A DNA stretch of 64,000 nt, taken from Candidatus Woesearchaeota archaeon (lineage in GTDB: Archaea > Nanobdellota > Nanobdellia > Pacearchaeales > GW2011-AR1). This document shows positions 19,098 through 28,886 of the stretch, in pieces. Under the pieces are notes generated by a model that ran no database searches, had not been told where the DNA came from, and saw nothing but the letters and a program-made list of their open reading frames with translations. Each line of letters opens with the position of its first letter. Positions within the stretch are counted from its first letter, which is position 1. Location: NCBI GenBank assembly GCA_964358765.1, contig CAYHPN010000003.1, forward strand, positions 43,327 through 107,326. Direction: 5' to 3'. The position numbers and the translations under genes were made by a program.

Positions 19098-20242
19098 TTT
19101 TTTCCTCCATCGATCTTCAGATGATTGATTAAATTATTAAATACATTCTCAATTTTACTATCGTCTCCTGCTTTAGAATTCTCAAGTTCCCAAATATAAC
19201 CATTATTGTCTCTTATTATTGCACTTTCTAGTTTTTCTTTTTTTAATTCAAAGTTATACTGTCCTAAATCTCTTCTTTCTATCTGTTTTTCATTTAATCC
19301 TCGTTCACTAAGTCTTTTATTTCTAGAATATTTATCTGCATGTACTAATACTATATTATTATTGCATAGATAGGACATATCAGTTTCAGCTATTAGTGCT
19401 GCATTAATTAAAATAAGCCCCTTTTTATCAGATATTTCTCTTCTCAACCTAACCAACATAGATTGCTGCATTATCTCATTTAATTTTTTTAATTTAATGC
19501 CGTCATTAAAAACAATTTCTCCTAATGCTTTTCTATTTATAAATCCATTTTCAAGTTTGACACTTTCTCCAAATTCTTGAATAATTTCGTTTCTAACTTG
19601 CATATATCTCGGATTTTTGAGTTTTCCTAATATCTCGTGTCCAATATTATCTAGTTCAATATTATGAACTGCTAATCCTTTTTGGTTTCCTATTTCAACA
19701 AATTTTTTTGAGACAAAAGATTTACCAGATCCCATTTCTCCAGTTATTCCTATAATGTATTGTGATGACAATTTTTCTTCCAGTTTTTGTTTTACACATA
19801 TTGGAACATATTCTCTTATATTGCCTTGGTATTTTTGCAATGATTTTACTACACTAGAGCTAAAATGCGCAAAGTCGGGTCTTGCAAACAAAACATAGCT
19901 GTCTATTCCAAGTTTCTGACTTTCTCCAATCTGATGAAGCATTTTCTCATAATCAAAATCTTTTGAATCTCTTGCTCCTTTAACTACCACATTAATTCCC
20001 TTTTCAAAAGCATAATCAACCAGAAGTCCATTAAATGATTCAACTTTAACATTTCTTAATTTGCTTAATGATTTTTCTGCCATATTGACTCTTTCTTCTA
20101 AAGAAAAAGTATAATCTTTCTTTTCAGGATTAACTCCGATCGCTACGATAATTTCATCAAAAGCTTTGGCTGCTCGTGCTATAACATCAATATGCCCATA
20201 ATGAATTGGATCAAGACTTGCTGCGTAAATTGCTTGTGTCAT
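19094..20242 (-). CDS. Bifunctional phosphopantetheine adenylyltransferase / dephospho-CoA kinase (CoaD-CoaE fusion)
   Basis: The N-terminus AIYAASLDPIHYGHIDVIARAAKAFDEIIVAIGVNPEKK matches bacterial-type CoaD (AIYPGTFDPITNGHID..). The C-terminal half has IIGITGEMGSGKSFVS, the CoaE P-loop (IGLTGGIGSGKS). Confidence 0.7.
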   Translation of the reverse strand: MTQAIYAASLDPIHYGHIDVIARAAKAFDEIIVAIGVNPEKKDYTFSLEERVNMAEKSLSKLRNVKVESFNGLLVDYAFEKGINVVVKGARDSKDFDYEKMLHQIGESQKLGIDSYVLFARPDFAHFSSSVVKSLQKYQGNIREYVPICVKQKLEEKLSSQYIIGITGEMGSGKSFVSKKFVEIGNQKGLAVHNIELDNIGHEILGKLKNPRYMQVRNEIIQEFGESVKLENGFINRKALGEIVFNDGIKLKKLNEIMQQSMLVRLRREISDKKGLILINAALIAETDMSYLCNNNIVLVHADKYSRNKRLSERGLNEKQIERRDLGQYNFELKKEKLESAIIRDNNGYIWELENSKAGDDSKIENVFNNLINHLKIDGGKK

Positions 20243-20245
20243 TTT

Positions 20246-20485
20246 TTATCCTGACTCCGCATATGCCTGTGCAAGTTCTTTCAATTTAATTAATTCTAAG
20301 TTAATATTTTTAGTAAGAGTATTTTCCAGATTTCTAAAAGTTCTTTGGTTTGAAGGATCTAATTTATCATATAATGTTGTTTTTATTAATTCAATAAGTT
20401 CATATGGTTCTTTCTCCCATTTTTTGTTCCACTCATTTTGAGTAATGTAATTATTTCCTATATTTCCGTTTAATCCTAAGCTCAT
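20246..20485 (-). CDS. Small hypothetical protein
   Basis: A 79-aa ORF 4 nt upstream of the coaDE start on the same strand. Confidence 0.3.
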   Translation of the reverse strand: MSLGLNGNIGNNYITQNEWNKKWEKEPYELIELIKTTLYDKLDPSNQRTFRNLENTLTKNINLELIKLKELAQAYAESG

Positions 20486-20616
20486 TTTTTCATTCCTCCA
20501 ATGATATTTTGCTTTGTCATGCCAAATAGAGCATAAAACATAATATAAGATCTATTACTTAAAATTGTATAAAAAAGGGAAAATTTATATACTATTTACC
20601 TTATTTTAATATATAG

Positions 20617-20818
20617 TAAATTATAACGAAAATAATTTCCTATGGAAATATAGTTATTTTATACGAAGTAAATTCGTCTAAAATAAAATTTATAGAAAAT
20701 TTGTAAAATTTTCTAATCCGACAATTTTGTATTAAAAATTAAAAAATTGTCGATATGAGAAGTTTGCTTTCGAATAAATTACTAAATGTGCTTTAGCACC
20801 CATGCCTGTTAAGGCATT
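20617..20818 (+). repeat. Intergenic repeat element, copy A (about 200 bp)
   Basis: It shares the 5' module taaattataacgaaaataatttccNatggaaatatagttatttt and the 3' module aaattactaaNtgtgcNNNagcac plus a terminal hairpin with copies at 34695, 54707 (rc) and 57639 (rc). It ends 12 nt before the ATG of the gene at 20830. Confidence 0.7.
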
Positions 20819-20829
20819 ATCTTAATAAT

Positions 20830-21789
20830 ATGGACTTGATAGATAAAAAAATACTCTGCGAACTTGATATTAATTGTAGAACTCCCTATAGTAAAATAGC
20901 AAAGAAACTTCGGATTGGAAGAAATGTATTTGATTATAGAGTTAAAAAATTAGAAAAAGAGAGTGTTATTACTAATTACATTTGTTCAATTAATCTTGGA
21001 AAATTAGGCTATAATACTTATAAGATATACTTTAAAATTAAGTCATCTAATATTGATAAAGAAAAGAGGTTTATTAATTTTATACTGGAAGATAAGAGAG
21101 CAATACACTTTCTCAAAACCGAAGGATCTTTCGATTATACTATTGCAGTTGCTGTGAAAGATATAAAGGAGCTAGATGAATTTATCTCTGAGTTAAGGGA
21201 TAATTTTAATGAAATAATAAATGACTATATGATAAGCATAGTTGTTTTTTCCAGAATTTTTAAATTGCATAAATTATTATTAAAAGAAAACAAAGAAATC
21301 ATTAAATTTGACAAATATGATAATAATAAAGATCAAATAACCTTAGATGATAAAGATAAAGTAATTTTAAAGACGCTTTCAAATAATGCAAAATTATCAA
21401 TCGTAGCATTATCGGAAGTAACGGGTTTAAGTATAGATATAATAAAATATAGGTTAAAGATTTTATCTAGTACTATTATAAGTTCATTTCGAATGATTCC
21501 GGATATAAATAAATTGGGTTTCTTTCATTATGTTGCTATGCTAAAAATTAGGAATTCTTCTATAAATGAAGAAAAAAACTTTGTAAATTGGTGCGCTAAT
21601 AAGTATAATATAATGTACTTAACAAAAAGAATTGGTTATTTTGATTATGAGCTTAACTTTGCTATTATGGATATTAAAGAACTAAACTCTTTTATCTCAG
21701 AACTAAAATTAAATTTCAATAATATTATAGATTCTTATGAACTCATAATAAATAGCAACTTGCTAAAATTAAATTATCTTCCTTTTTAA
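20830..21789 (+). CDS. Transcription regulator with two tandem Lrp/AsnC modules (HTH + RAM, duplicated)
   Basis: Two repeats of the pattern LDxxDxxILxxLxxNxRxSxxxIAxxxGLSxxxVxxRIKxL, each followed by a RAM-like domain. It is paralogous to 37572-38543. Confidence 0.65.
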   Translation: MDLIDKKILCELDINCRTPYSKIAKKLRIGRNVFDYRVKKLEKESVITNYICSINLGKLGYNTYKIYFKIKSSNIDKEKRFINFILEDKRAIHFLKTEGSFDYTIAVAVKDIKELDEFISELRDNFNEIINDYMISIVVFSRIFKLHKLLLKENKEIIKFDKYDNNKDQITLDDKDKVILKTLSNNAKLSIVALSEVTGLSIDIIKYRLKILSSTIISSFRMIPDINKLGFFHYVAMLKIRNSSINEEKNFVNWCANKYNIMYLTKRIGYFDYELNFAIMDIKELNSFISELKLNFNNIIDSYELIINSNLLKLNYLPF

Positions 21790-21793
21790 TAAA

Positions 21794-22585
21794 TCAGATA
21801 ATTTTTAAAAATAATAAAATCTCCATAACTATAGATAATGATAAGGCATAAACCCCAAACCATCTTAAATTTTTCTTCTTAGTCAATACATAGCCCATAA
21901 GTAAATGAATAGTAATTAAACCAATTATAAAAGAAATTAAAGTTGGGATAAACATTTCTGGAGGAATATTTCCCCTCCCTAGTTCTATTAAATTTGCCCC
22001 CAGTATTGCAGGAATTGACATTAAAAATGAAAATTTAATTGCATCTTTCTCTCTTAATCCAGTTAATAATCCTGCAGAAATAGTAGTTCCACTTCTTGAT
22101 ATTCCAGGAAATAAAGCAATAACTTGAGAACATCCAATTAAAAGTGCTTTGCCATATCCAAATTTCCGATTCTTATTATTTTTAAATTCAAGAGATCCAA
22201 TAAAAAGAACAATTGCAGTAATTGCAAAACCAACTGCTACTATAGCTAAACTGGAGAAAGCACTCTCAAATATTTTTCTAAACAATAAACCTATAACTGC
22301 AGAAGGAATTGTTGCTACTAAAACCATTAAACCTAATTTTCCTTTTTCGCTCTTCCATTTTCCTTTAAGTAAATTTTCAATTATATCAACTATATCTTTT
22401 CCAAAGTAAACAAAAACAGCCATTAAAGTTCCAAAATGCAATGCAACATCAAATTCTATCCCCCCTCCCTTAAATCCTAAAATTTTCTCAAATAATACTA
22501 AATGTCCAGAGCTTGAAATAGGCAGCCATTCAGTTGCTCCCTGAATTATTGCCAGTATTAAAGATTTAACAAATTCACTAATCAT
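21794..22585 (-). CDS. uppP: Undecaprenyl-diphosphatase (BacA/UppP)
   Basis: IQGATEWLPISSSGHL signature, 8 TM helices, and the GISRSGTTI motif. Confidence 0.85.
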   Translation of the reverse strand: MISEFVKSLILAIIQGATEWLPISSSGHLVLFEKILGFKGGGIEFDVALHFGTLMAVFVYFGKDIVDIIENLLKGKWKSEKGKLGLMVLVATIPSAVIGLLFRKIFESAFSSLAIVAVGFAITAIVLFIGSLEFKNNKNRKFGYGKALLIGCSQVIALFPGISRSGTTISAGLLTGLREKDAIKFSFLMSIPAILGANLIELGRGNIPPEMFIPTLISFIIGLITIHLLMGYVLTKKKNLRWFGVYALSLSIVMEILLFLKII

Positions 22586-22636
22586 TTTAAAATTAAAAAA
22601 CAGCCATTAATAAAATTAATTATCCTCTTTTATGCT

Positions 22637-23773
22637 TTAACATCCTTGCAAATAAGCTTTAATTCCATTTTTAACATCTTCCACAGTTCCTTCATCTTGA
22701 TAATACTTTTTGATAAACTCGTCTAATTCCTCTTTTTGTATGCAATTATCACAAGGTTTTTTGTCTGCATTTGTTCTGCATTGCACGCAGACATCACTTT
22801 CCTCATAACAACTTTGGTCTGTTTTGCACGAATTTTCTCCTTTTATGCAACCCTTGCCTGAATCGCAAATTTCTTTTCCATCACAAAATAAAGAATTTGA
22901 ACAAAAGTCGTTTTCTGGTTTATGTTCAACAATATCTTTTTCTTCATTACAGCTATCAAATGTGCAATAAATATTATCATTAGTTTCTATAGTGCTATTA
23001 ACACATCCTAAATATGAATTGCAAATTTCCTCGCCATTGCAGAATACTCCATCTGAACATTTTTCATTTGAATTTTCATGCACTATTATATCTAAATTTT
23101 CATCACAATAGTCTATAGTACACTCTATTTTATCCATTAAATTTAATTTTTCTCTTTCACATTTACCTACTCTACAAAATTCTAAACCATTACAATATAA
23201 ATTGTCCTGACAATCTGAGTCTATGCTGCATTCTTTAACGCCGCAATATCTTGTATCAATTTTACAATCGCTTCCACATATTAAATCTCCAATATCATAT
23301 GAATTGCTATACAAATTACATTTTCCGTAAAACTGGTCAAAATCATCTCTGTCACATTCTTCTTCTTTTTCTCTTATTCCATTTCCGCATATAAATCCCT
23401 GGATTTTTTCAGGAGGACTATAAACTACATTGTCTGCAGAACTATACCCGCTGTCGCCCTGGGAATTTCCTACAGGTACGCTCCCTCCTGTTTTACTTCT
23501 GTATTCATAAACAATTTTATCTTTATTTATATCAATTTCAGCATTATATTCTTTATTCAACTGGGGAGTTCTAATTGAAAATTTCTGAATTAAATTTATC
23601 CCAAAAGTTTCCACTTTATTTTTAATAATCTGCCCATAATAATTTTGACTTAAATATATTGTTAAGAATGATAATACAACTACCACAAAAATAACGCCCA
23701 AAACATTGAATGAATCAAATTCCTGTCTGAATCTTAAATACTTGCTTTTTATTGGATATGCCTCTTCTCCCAT
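22637..23773 (-). CDS. N-terminally anchored surface protein with Cys-rich repeats (DUF4215 / myxo-disulfide-repeat-like)
   Basis: One N-terminal TM, then repeated CGNG..EEECD..D / C.DxxFCNGxEICxxxxGC units carrying about 40 cysteines. Confidence 0.55.
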   Translation of the reverse strand: MGEEAYPIKSKYLRFRQEFDSFNVLGVIFVVVVLSFLTIYLSQNYYGQIIKNKVETFGINLIQKFSIRTPQLNKEYNAEIDINKDKIVYEYRSKTGGSVPVGNSQGDSGYSSADNVVYSPPEKIQGFICGNGIREKEEECDRDDFDQFYGKCNLYSNSYDIGDLICGSDCKIDTRYCGVKECSIDSDCQDNLYCNGLEFCRVGKCEREKLNLMDKIECTIDYCDENLDIIVHENSNEKCSDGVFCNGEEICNSYLGCVNSTIETNDNIYCTFDSCNEEKDIVEHKPENDFCSNSLFCDGKEICDSGKGCIKGENSCKTDQSCYEESDVCVQCRTNADKKPCDNCIQKEELDEFIKKYYQDEGTVEDVKNGIKAYLQGC

Positions 23774-23812
23774 TAATTTAATAGCTTTTATAGATTTATA
23801 ATTATATTCAAT

Positions 23813-26761
23813 TTAGATAATTCCATAAACATATTCGTTGCAAAATTCACAGTTTTTTTCAATTTCACAAGCCTTAAAACCATTTAAATAAGATTTTTTT
23901 ATCTCGCCTGCAGTTTCAATTAACTCTTTTTCGATGTCATAAATATTAAATGTAACTTTTTTATTTATTACTTCAATAGCGTTTCCTTTATCGTCAATTT
24001 CAAATTCTATTGGTTTTTCCTGTTTTAGCATATCAAGAGTAACTTTTCTTACTTTTCCAAATTTAGCCGCGGCCAAAGCATAATATCCTAATTGAAAATC
24101 TCTATCTTTTCCATATATTGGGCTCTTTCCAGTTTTATAATCAACAATACCTATGCCTTTATCAAGGAAATCAATTCTATCAGCATATCCTATAAAATTA
24201 AATTCTCCATGTTTCATTTTTAGACATTGTTCAGTAAGAGATTTTTCATTATATCTTCCTTTATTTCTCTCAAAAAATATCCTTAGTAAAAATATGGTTT
24301 CTTCTAGATCAACGCTTTTCCAATCGTCTTCTATAATTAATTCTCTTGCCAAATCTATGAAGTCTTTAATACTTAAGATATTTTTTTTTACTCCTAATTC
24401 TAAAATATAATGAACAAACGAACCAAGCTGCATTGCTTCCCATGAAAATGTCTTTTTCTCAGGCATATTAAATACATATTTGTATTCAAATGTTTTCTGG
24501 CAATTTAAAAAAGTCAATAATGATGAGGGGGATAAAAATTTTTCATAAAATTTCTCACTGTCAGTAATTTTTTCAGCAGAGATTATTTTCACATTTTTTT
24601 CTATTTCAATATACTTTCTATCTTTATCTTTTATTAATTCTATATCTTTGTTTTCCATAAAATTTATTTCATCTAAAAATCTAGAATTCGCAAATTTCTT
24701 TCCACCATATTCATTTGCAAAAGTCAATATTAATCTCTCTTTAGATCTAGTAAAACTTACATAACAAAGTCTCCTTTCTTCAGCTATTTGATTTTCTAAC
24801 TGATAGTTGTAATAATTTTCCTTTAGATCTATACAATCTGGCAGCAATTCGGCGGGGATTAAGAAATTTTCACTTATTCTTAGAAGGGGAAATTTCTTCT
24901 CAACCATGTTTGTTAATATTATTATTTTAAATTCTAGACCCTTAGTAGAATGCGAGGTCATTATTCTTATTCCTTTTTCTTCTAAATCTGCAGCATCTAT
25001 TTCTATACCTAATTTTTCGATTATCTCTAAATAATACAAAAATCCTTCAAGAGTTGATTCATACAACTCTCCATTTAATTTGCCAAGTTCTCTAAACTTA
25101 TTTAAATTCATTAAAATTTCTTTATTATTGTACTCAGTATTTACAAGTCCTAGAACACGATAAACTTCCTGTATAAAACCTTCAATGTTTTTAATTTCAA
25201 AATTAGATAAAATCTTTATTCTTTCTTTTATGATTAAAAGGAGACTTTTTCCAATTGGGGTTAATTTCAAATCATTTTCTTTGTTTAAAATTAAGACATT
25301 TAAATCTTCTTTTTCATTTTTCTTTAAAAAAGTTCCTATATTGCTTAGGTCTTCTCCTTTCATTCCAGAATTGTAGAAAATATCCCACCATAACTCCTTA
25401 TTACTTTGTTTTTTCTTTAACTTTCCTATTAAAGACATGTAATTAACCGCTAATTTTATCGAGGTTTGCTTTAATAGTGAATTCTTTCCAACACTTGTAT
25501 ATTCTATCTTTCTTTCTTCAAGCATCTTTTTTACTAGTCTTGTTTGCTGATGAGTTCTGAACATAATGCAGATTTCCTCTTTTCCTGTTCCTTTCTTTAT
25601 TTCTTCTTCAATGATCTCTATAATTTTTCTAGCTTCCTCTTTTCCATCAAGCATTTCATATACTCTTATTTTATCTCCCTCTCGCCCATGTGCATTCTCA
25701 ACAAAAAAACAATCGCTTTTATTTTTATAGTTATTAGTTATTAAATTATGGGCGTTCCTTAAAACCTTATTTGGAGACCTATATGAAAGATCTAAATTAT
25801 AAATATCTTCATTAGTCACATTAAAATAATTCTTAAAGATCTCTAGATTGTTTTTATAGGCTCCTCTAAATCTATATATTGATTGATTTAGATCTCCAAC
25901 AACCATTAAGTTTCCATTTTTAGCTAATTCAAATAATAATCCAATTTGAACTTTGTTTGTATCTTGAAATTCGTCGATAATTATATAATCAAATTTTTTG
26001 CCAATTTCAGTATTTTCTTTTAGTAATTTTATTGCTAATAGGTTCAAATCAGAATAATCTAGAGAATTTTTTCTTTCTTTTAATTTTTCATATCCTTTCC
26101 AAATTTTGATAAATCTATTTATTTCTATTATTTGTGTTAAATCATTTATTTTTTCAAGCAGATTTCTCTTATCTTCTTTTTTTCCCCTTAGATGCATAGT
26201 CTGCAAAACAAAATGCAGATTTTCCAACTCCTTCTTTATTTTTTCTTCATTTCTTCCATTTATTTTACTATCTAGGAATTTTTCATAATCTTTTATACTT
26301 ACTCCCAGATCTTTTGCAGTTCCTATAGCTGAAATATATTTATAGCAATGTGCGGCATCTAATTTAAAACTACTATGTAATAATATCTTACCTGCATCCG
26401 GATCTAAAATGCTAAAATCTTTATTTATTCCTATTTTATCTCCAAATTCTCTTAGCAAGTATGCGGAAAATGAATGAAAGGTCTTTATTATTGGTTCGCG
26501 TGTATTTTCAAAATCAATAAATCTCCTTACTCTATTTAGCAAATTATTTGCCGCTTCGTTTGAAAAAGTAATGCAGGCTATTCTTTCAGGAGAGTATATA
26601 TTATTATTTATGAGATATTTTACCTTTTCTACAATAGTGTAAGTCTTTCCCGTACCTGCTCCAGCCATGACTACACAAGGCCCTTTTACTTTTTCTATTA
26701 AATTCATATTTTGAAGCAGAATTTTATAGTTATAATATTTTCTATCTTGAAGATATGGCAA
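23813..26761 (-). CDS. UvrD/PcrA-type SF1 helicase fused to a C-terminal PD-(D/E)xK (RecB/Cas4-like) nuclease with a Cys cluster
   Basis: Walker A MAGAGTGKTYT (the likely start is the Met at 26707), IIIDEFQDTN, VVGDLNQSIYRFRGA, TSHSTKGLEF. The C-terminus has DRIDFLD...IVDYKTGK and CEIEKNCEFC. Confidence 0.75.
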   Translation of the reverse strand: MPYLQDRKYYNYKILLQNMNLIEKVKGPCVVMAGAGTGKTYTIVEKVKYLINNNIYSPERIACITFSNEAANNLLNRVRRFIDFENTREPIIKTFHSFSAYLLREFGDKIGINKDFSILDPDAGKILLHSSFKLDAAHCYKYISAIGTAKDLGVSIKDYEKFLDSKINGRNEEKIKKELENLHFVLQTMHLRGKKEDKRNLLEKINDLTQIIEINRFIKIWKGYEKLKERKNSLDYSDLNLLAIKLLKENTEIGKKFDYIIIDEFQDTNKVQIGLLFELAKNGNLMVVGDLNQSIYRFRGAYKNNLEIFKNYFNVTNEDIYNLDLSYRSPNKVLRNAHNLITNNYKNKSDCFFVENAHGREGDKIRVYEMLDGKEEARKIIEIIEEEIKKGTGKEEICIMFRTHQQTRLVKKMLEERKIEYTSVGKNSLLKQTSIKLAVNYMSLIGKLKKKQSNKELWWDIFYNSGMKGEDLSNIGTFLKKNEKEDLNVLILNKENDLKLTPIGKSLLLIIKERIKILSNFEIKNIEGFIQEVYRVLGLVNTEYNNKEILMNLNKFRELGKLNGELYESTLEGFLYYLEIIEKLGIEIDAADLEEKGIRIMTSHSTKGLEFKIIILTNMVEKKFPLLRISENFLIPAELLPDCIDLKENYYNYQLENQIAEERRLCYVSFTRSKERLILTFANEYGGKKFANSRFLDEINFMENKDIELIKDKDRKYIEIEKNVKIISAEKITDSEKFYEKFLSPSSLLTFLNCQKTFEYKYVFNMPEKKTFSWEAMQLGSFVHYILELGVKKNILSIKDFIDLARELIIEDDWKSVDLEETIFLLRIFFERNKGRYNEKSLTEQCLKMKHGEFNFIGYADRIDFLDKGIGIVDYKTGKSPIYGKDRDFQLGYYALAAAKFGKVRKVTLDMLKQEKPIEFEIDDKGNAIEVINKKVTFNIYDIEKELIETAGEIKKSYLNGFKACEIEKNCEFCNEYVYGII

Positions 26762-26777
26762 AGCTTATAAAATAATT

Positions 26778-27434
26778 TTGTTTTGTTCTTCAATGAATAA
26801 AGAAGTTTATTATGTAAAGTCGTTAGAAGAAGATTTTGCAACTAAAACTATTAAAAATAAGAAGAAAGTAATATTTCAGACAATTGAAAATATAATTAAA
26901 ACAAAAAATATAAAACCAAATACAAAAAGTTTTGGAAGAGAAAAACGTTTATCTTGCACTGTCCTTAGTAAAAATTATACAAAGACTTATCGTCCACATG
27001 GAATAATTTTTCAAACCTTGCAGAAACCAGATCATATTCTACCATTCGATTTAGTTTTACTAAGTGCAACAGATAACATCATAGTTCATTATTACAGAAT
27101 AAAGAACAATCTTCATATATATTATAATCATTCATTAATTAATGGATTTGAAAAATTCTTTTTTAAAGATTTTAATTCATTGTTAAATAAATACTCTTCT
27201 CCTTTAATTGCATGGAAAGAAGTAAATAAATTTAGAAAACAAAATGGATATAACGCTCTTCCAAAGAATAAATTTCGTTTAGCAGAATATAACGAAGCAG
27301 TTTTTTATAAATCGATTAAAATTAAACCAATTGCAATTTATGGTTATCTTCCAGAAACAATTAAAATAGCTAGAGAGTTAAATCTACCTCGTTTTATTTC
27401 AGCTAAGCAATTTTTCAATAAAATTAATAATTAA
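26778..27434 (+). CDS. Hypothetical protein
   Basis: A 218-aa ORF divergent from the helicase gene. No motif recognised. Confidence 0.3.
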   Translation: MFCSSMNKEVYYVKSLEEDFATKTIKNKKKVIFQTIENIIKTKNIKPNTKSFGREKRLSCTVLSKNYTKTYRPHGIIFQTLQKPDHILPFDLVLLSATDNIIVHYYRIKNNLHIYYNHSLINGFEKFFFKDFNSLLNKYSSPLIAWKEVNKFRKQNGYNALPKNKFRLAEYNEAVFYKSIKIKPIAIYGYLPETIKIARELNLPRFISAKQFFNKINN

Positions 27435-27435
27435 A

Positions 27436-27660
27436 TCATCTAGTAAAAACCCAAAATCCTAGTAAAATTAAAACAATCAATATCACGATTATCAGGATAA
27501 TCCAATTTCTTTTTCTATCTCTTTTTTCTCTTTCCTTTCTTTCATAATATTCATTATATCCTTCTTTGATATCTCTTTTTCTTTCATCATCAAGCTTTAA
27601 AGTTACATTTTTCCCATAAGTAAAACTTTTTAGCCCTCCTGTTGCAACAGATTCTGCCAT
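27436..27660 (-). CDS. Small tail-anchored membrane protein, hypothetical
   Basis: A charged N-terminus, a C-terminal TM WIILIIVILIVLILLGFWVF, and a 1-nt gap to the upstream ORF's stop. Confidence 0.3.
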   Translation of the reverse strand: MAESVATGGLKSFTYGKNVTLKLDDERKRDIKEGYNEYYERKEREKRDRKRNWIILIIVILIVLILLGFWVFTR

Positions 27661-27702
27661 ATTTTTAAATCAAGTAGTAAGTTTATATTATTTTCTATCC
27701 AT

Positions 27703-28833
27703 TTGGTTTTTAAACCCATTTTATCACATCATATGATGGAAAAACAAAAAACAGTAGTAATAGGTTTATCTGGAGGAGTAGATTCAGCTGTAGCGGCTCT
27801 CCTATTAAAAAAACAAGGGTATAATGTAATGGGGATATTCATGAAAAACTTTTCAGATACTAAAGATCCCATTACTGGCGAATGTTCTTATCTAGAAGAG
27901 AGAAAAATGGCTCAAAAAATAGCGGCAATACTAGAAATTCCTTTTGTAACACTGGACTATGAAAAGAAATATAAAAAAGAAGTAATTAGTTATTTGTTCA
28001 AGTCATATAAACAAGGTTTTACGCCTAACCCTGATATTCTGTGCAATAAAACAATTAAATTTCCCGCTTTATTGAAAATTGCAAAGAAACTGAAAGCAGA
28101 GTATATAGCAACAGGCCATTATGCTAAGATTAGTAAAACAAAGAAAGGTTTTAATTTATATAGGCCAAAGGATGATTTTAAAGATCAGACTTATTTCCTT
28201 TCAGACTTATCTCAAAAAGACCTTTCTCACACTATTTTTCCTCTCAACAAGATTACTAAATCAAGGGTTAGAGAGATTGCAAAGAAGAACAAATTTCCAA
28301 ACTGGGATAAACATGGCACTAGGGGAATATGCTTTATTGGAAAATTAGATTTCAAATCTTTCCTAAAAAATAAAATAAAAGAAAAGCAGGGGAAAGTTCT
28401 TTCACAGAATGGTAAAGTTATAGGAACTCATCCAGGAATATACTATTTTACAATAGGGGAGAGAGCGGGTGAAAGTAAAAATATAATTATAAATCAAGAC
28501 TATAAAAAACAAAATTCATCAACAAAATTATACATCGCAAAAAAGATAATAAATAAAAATATTCTTGTAATCGCACCTCGAGGAGATCCAAGTTTACTAA
28601 CAAAAGCAATTAAAGTAAATAATTTGCATCTGATTAATCCTAAGGAAAAAATTCCAGTTAATTTAAAGGTAAAAATTCGCCATATGGGTAAACTTTTATC
28701 AGGAAAATTAAAAAAATTTAACAGTAATTTTACTTTTAATTTCTCTACACCTCAGGAAGGTGTTGCACCTGGACAATTTATAGTCTTTTATTCTAAAGAT
28801 AAAGTCTTAGGCTGCGGCGAAATTAGAATATAA
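27703..28833 (+). CDS. mnmA: tRNA-specific 2-thiouridylase MnmA
   Basis: PP-loop VVIGLSGGVDSAVAA, catalytic CNK..KF, and GHYA signatures of MnmA/TrmU. Confidence 0.85.
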   Translation: MVFKPILSHHMMEKQKTVVIGLSGGVDSAVAALLLKKQGYNVMGIFMKNFSDTKDPITGECSYLEERKMAQKIAAILEIPFVTLDYEKKYKKEVISYLFKSYKQGFTPNPDILCNKTIKFPALLKIAKKLKAEYIATGHYAKISKTKKGFNLYRPKDDFKDQTYFLSDLSQKDLSHTIFPLNKITKSRVREIAKKNKFPNWDKHGTRGICFIGKLDFKSFLKNKIKEKQGKVLSQNGKVIGTHPGIYYFTIGERAGESKNIIINQDYKKQNSSTKLYIAKKIINKNILVIAPRGDPSLLTKAIKVNNLHLINPKEKIPVNLKVKIRHMGKLLSGKLKKFNSNFTFNFSTPQEGVAPGQFIVFYSKDKVLGCGEIRI

Positions 28834-28886
28834 AAGTTATTTTATATTAACTATATGTTTTTATATTAAACAACCATTATTCCATC

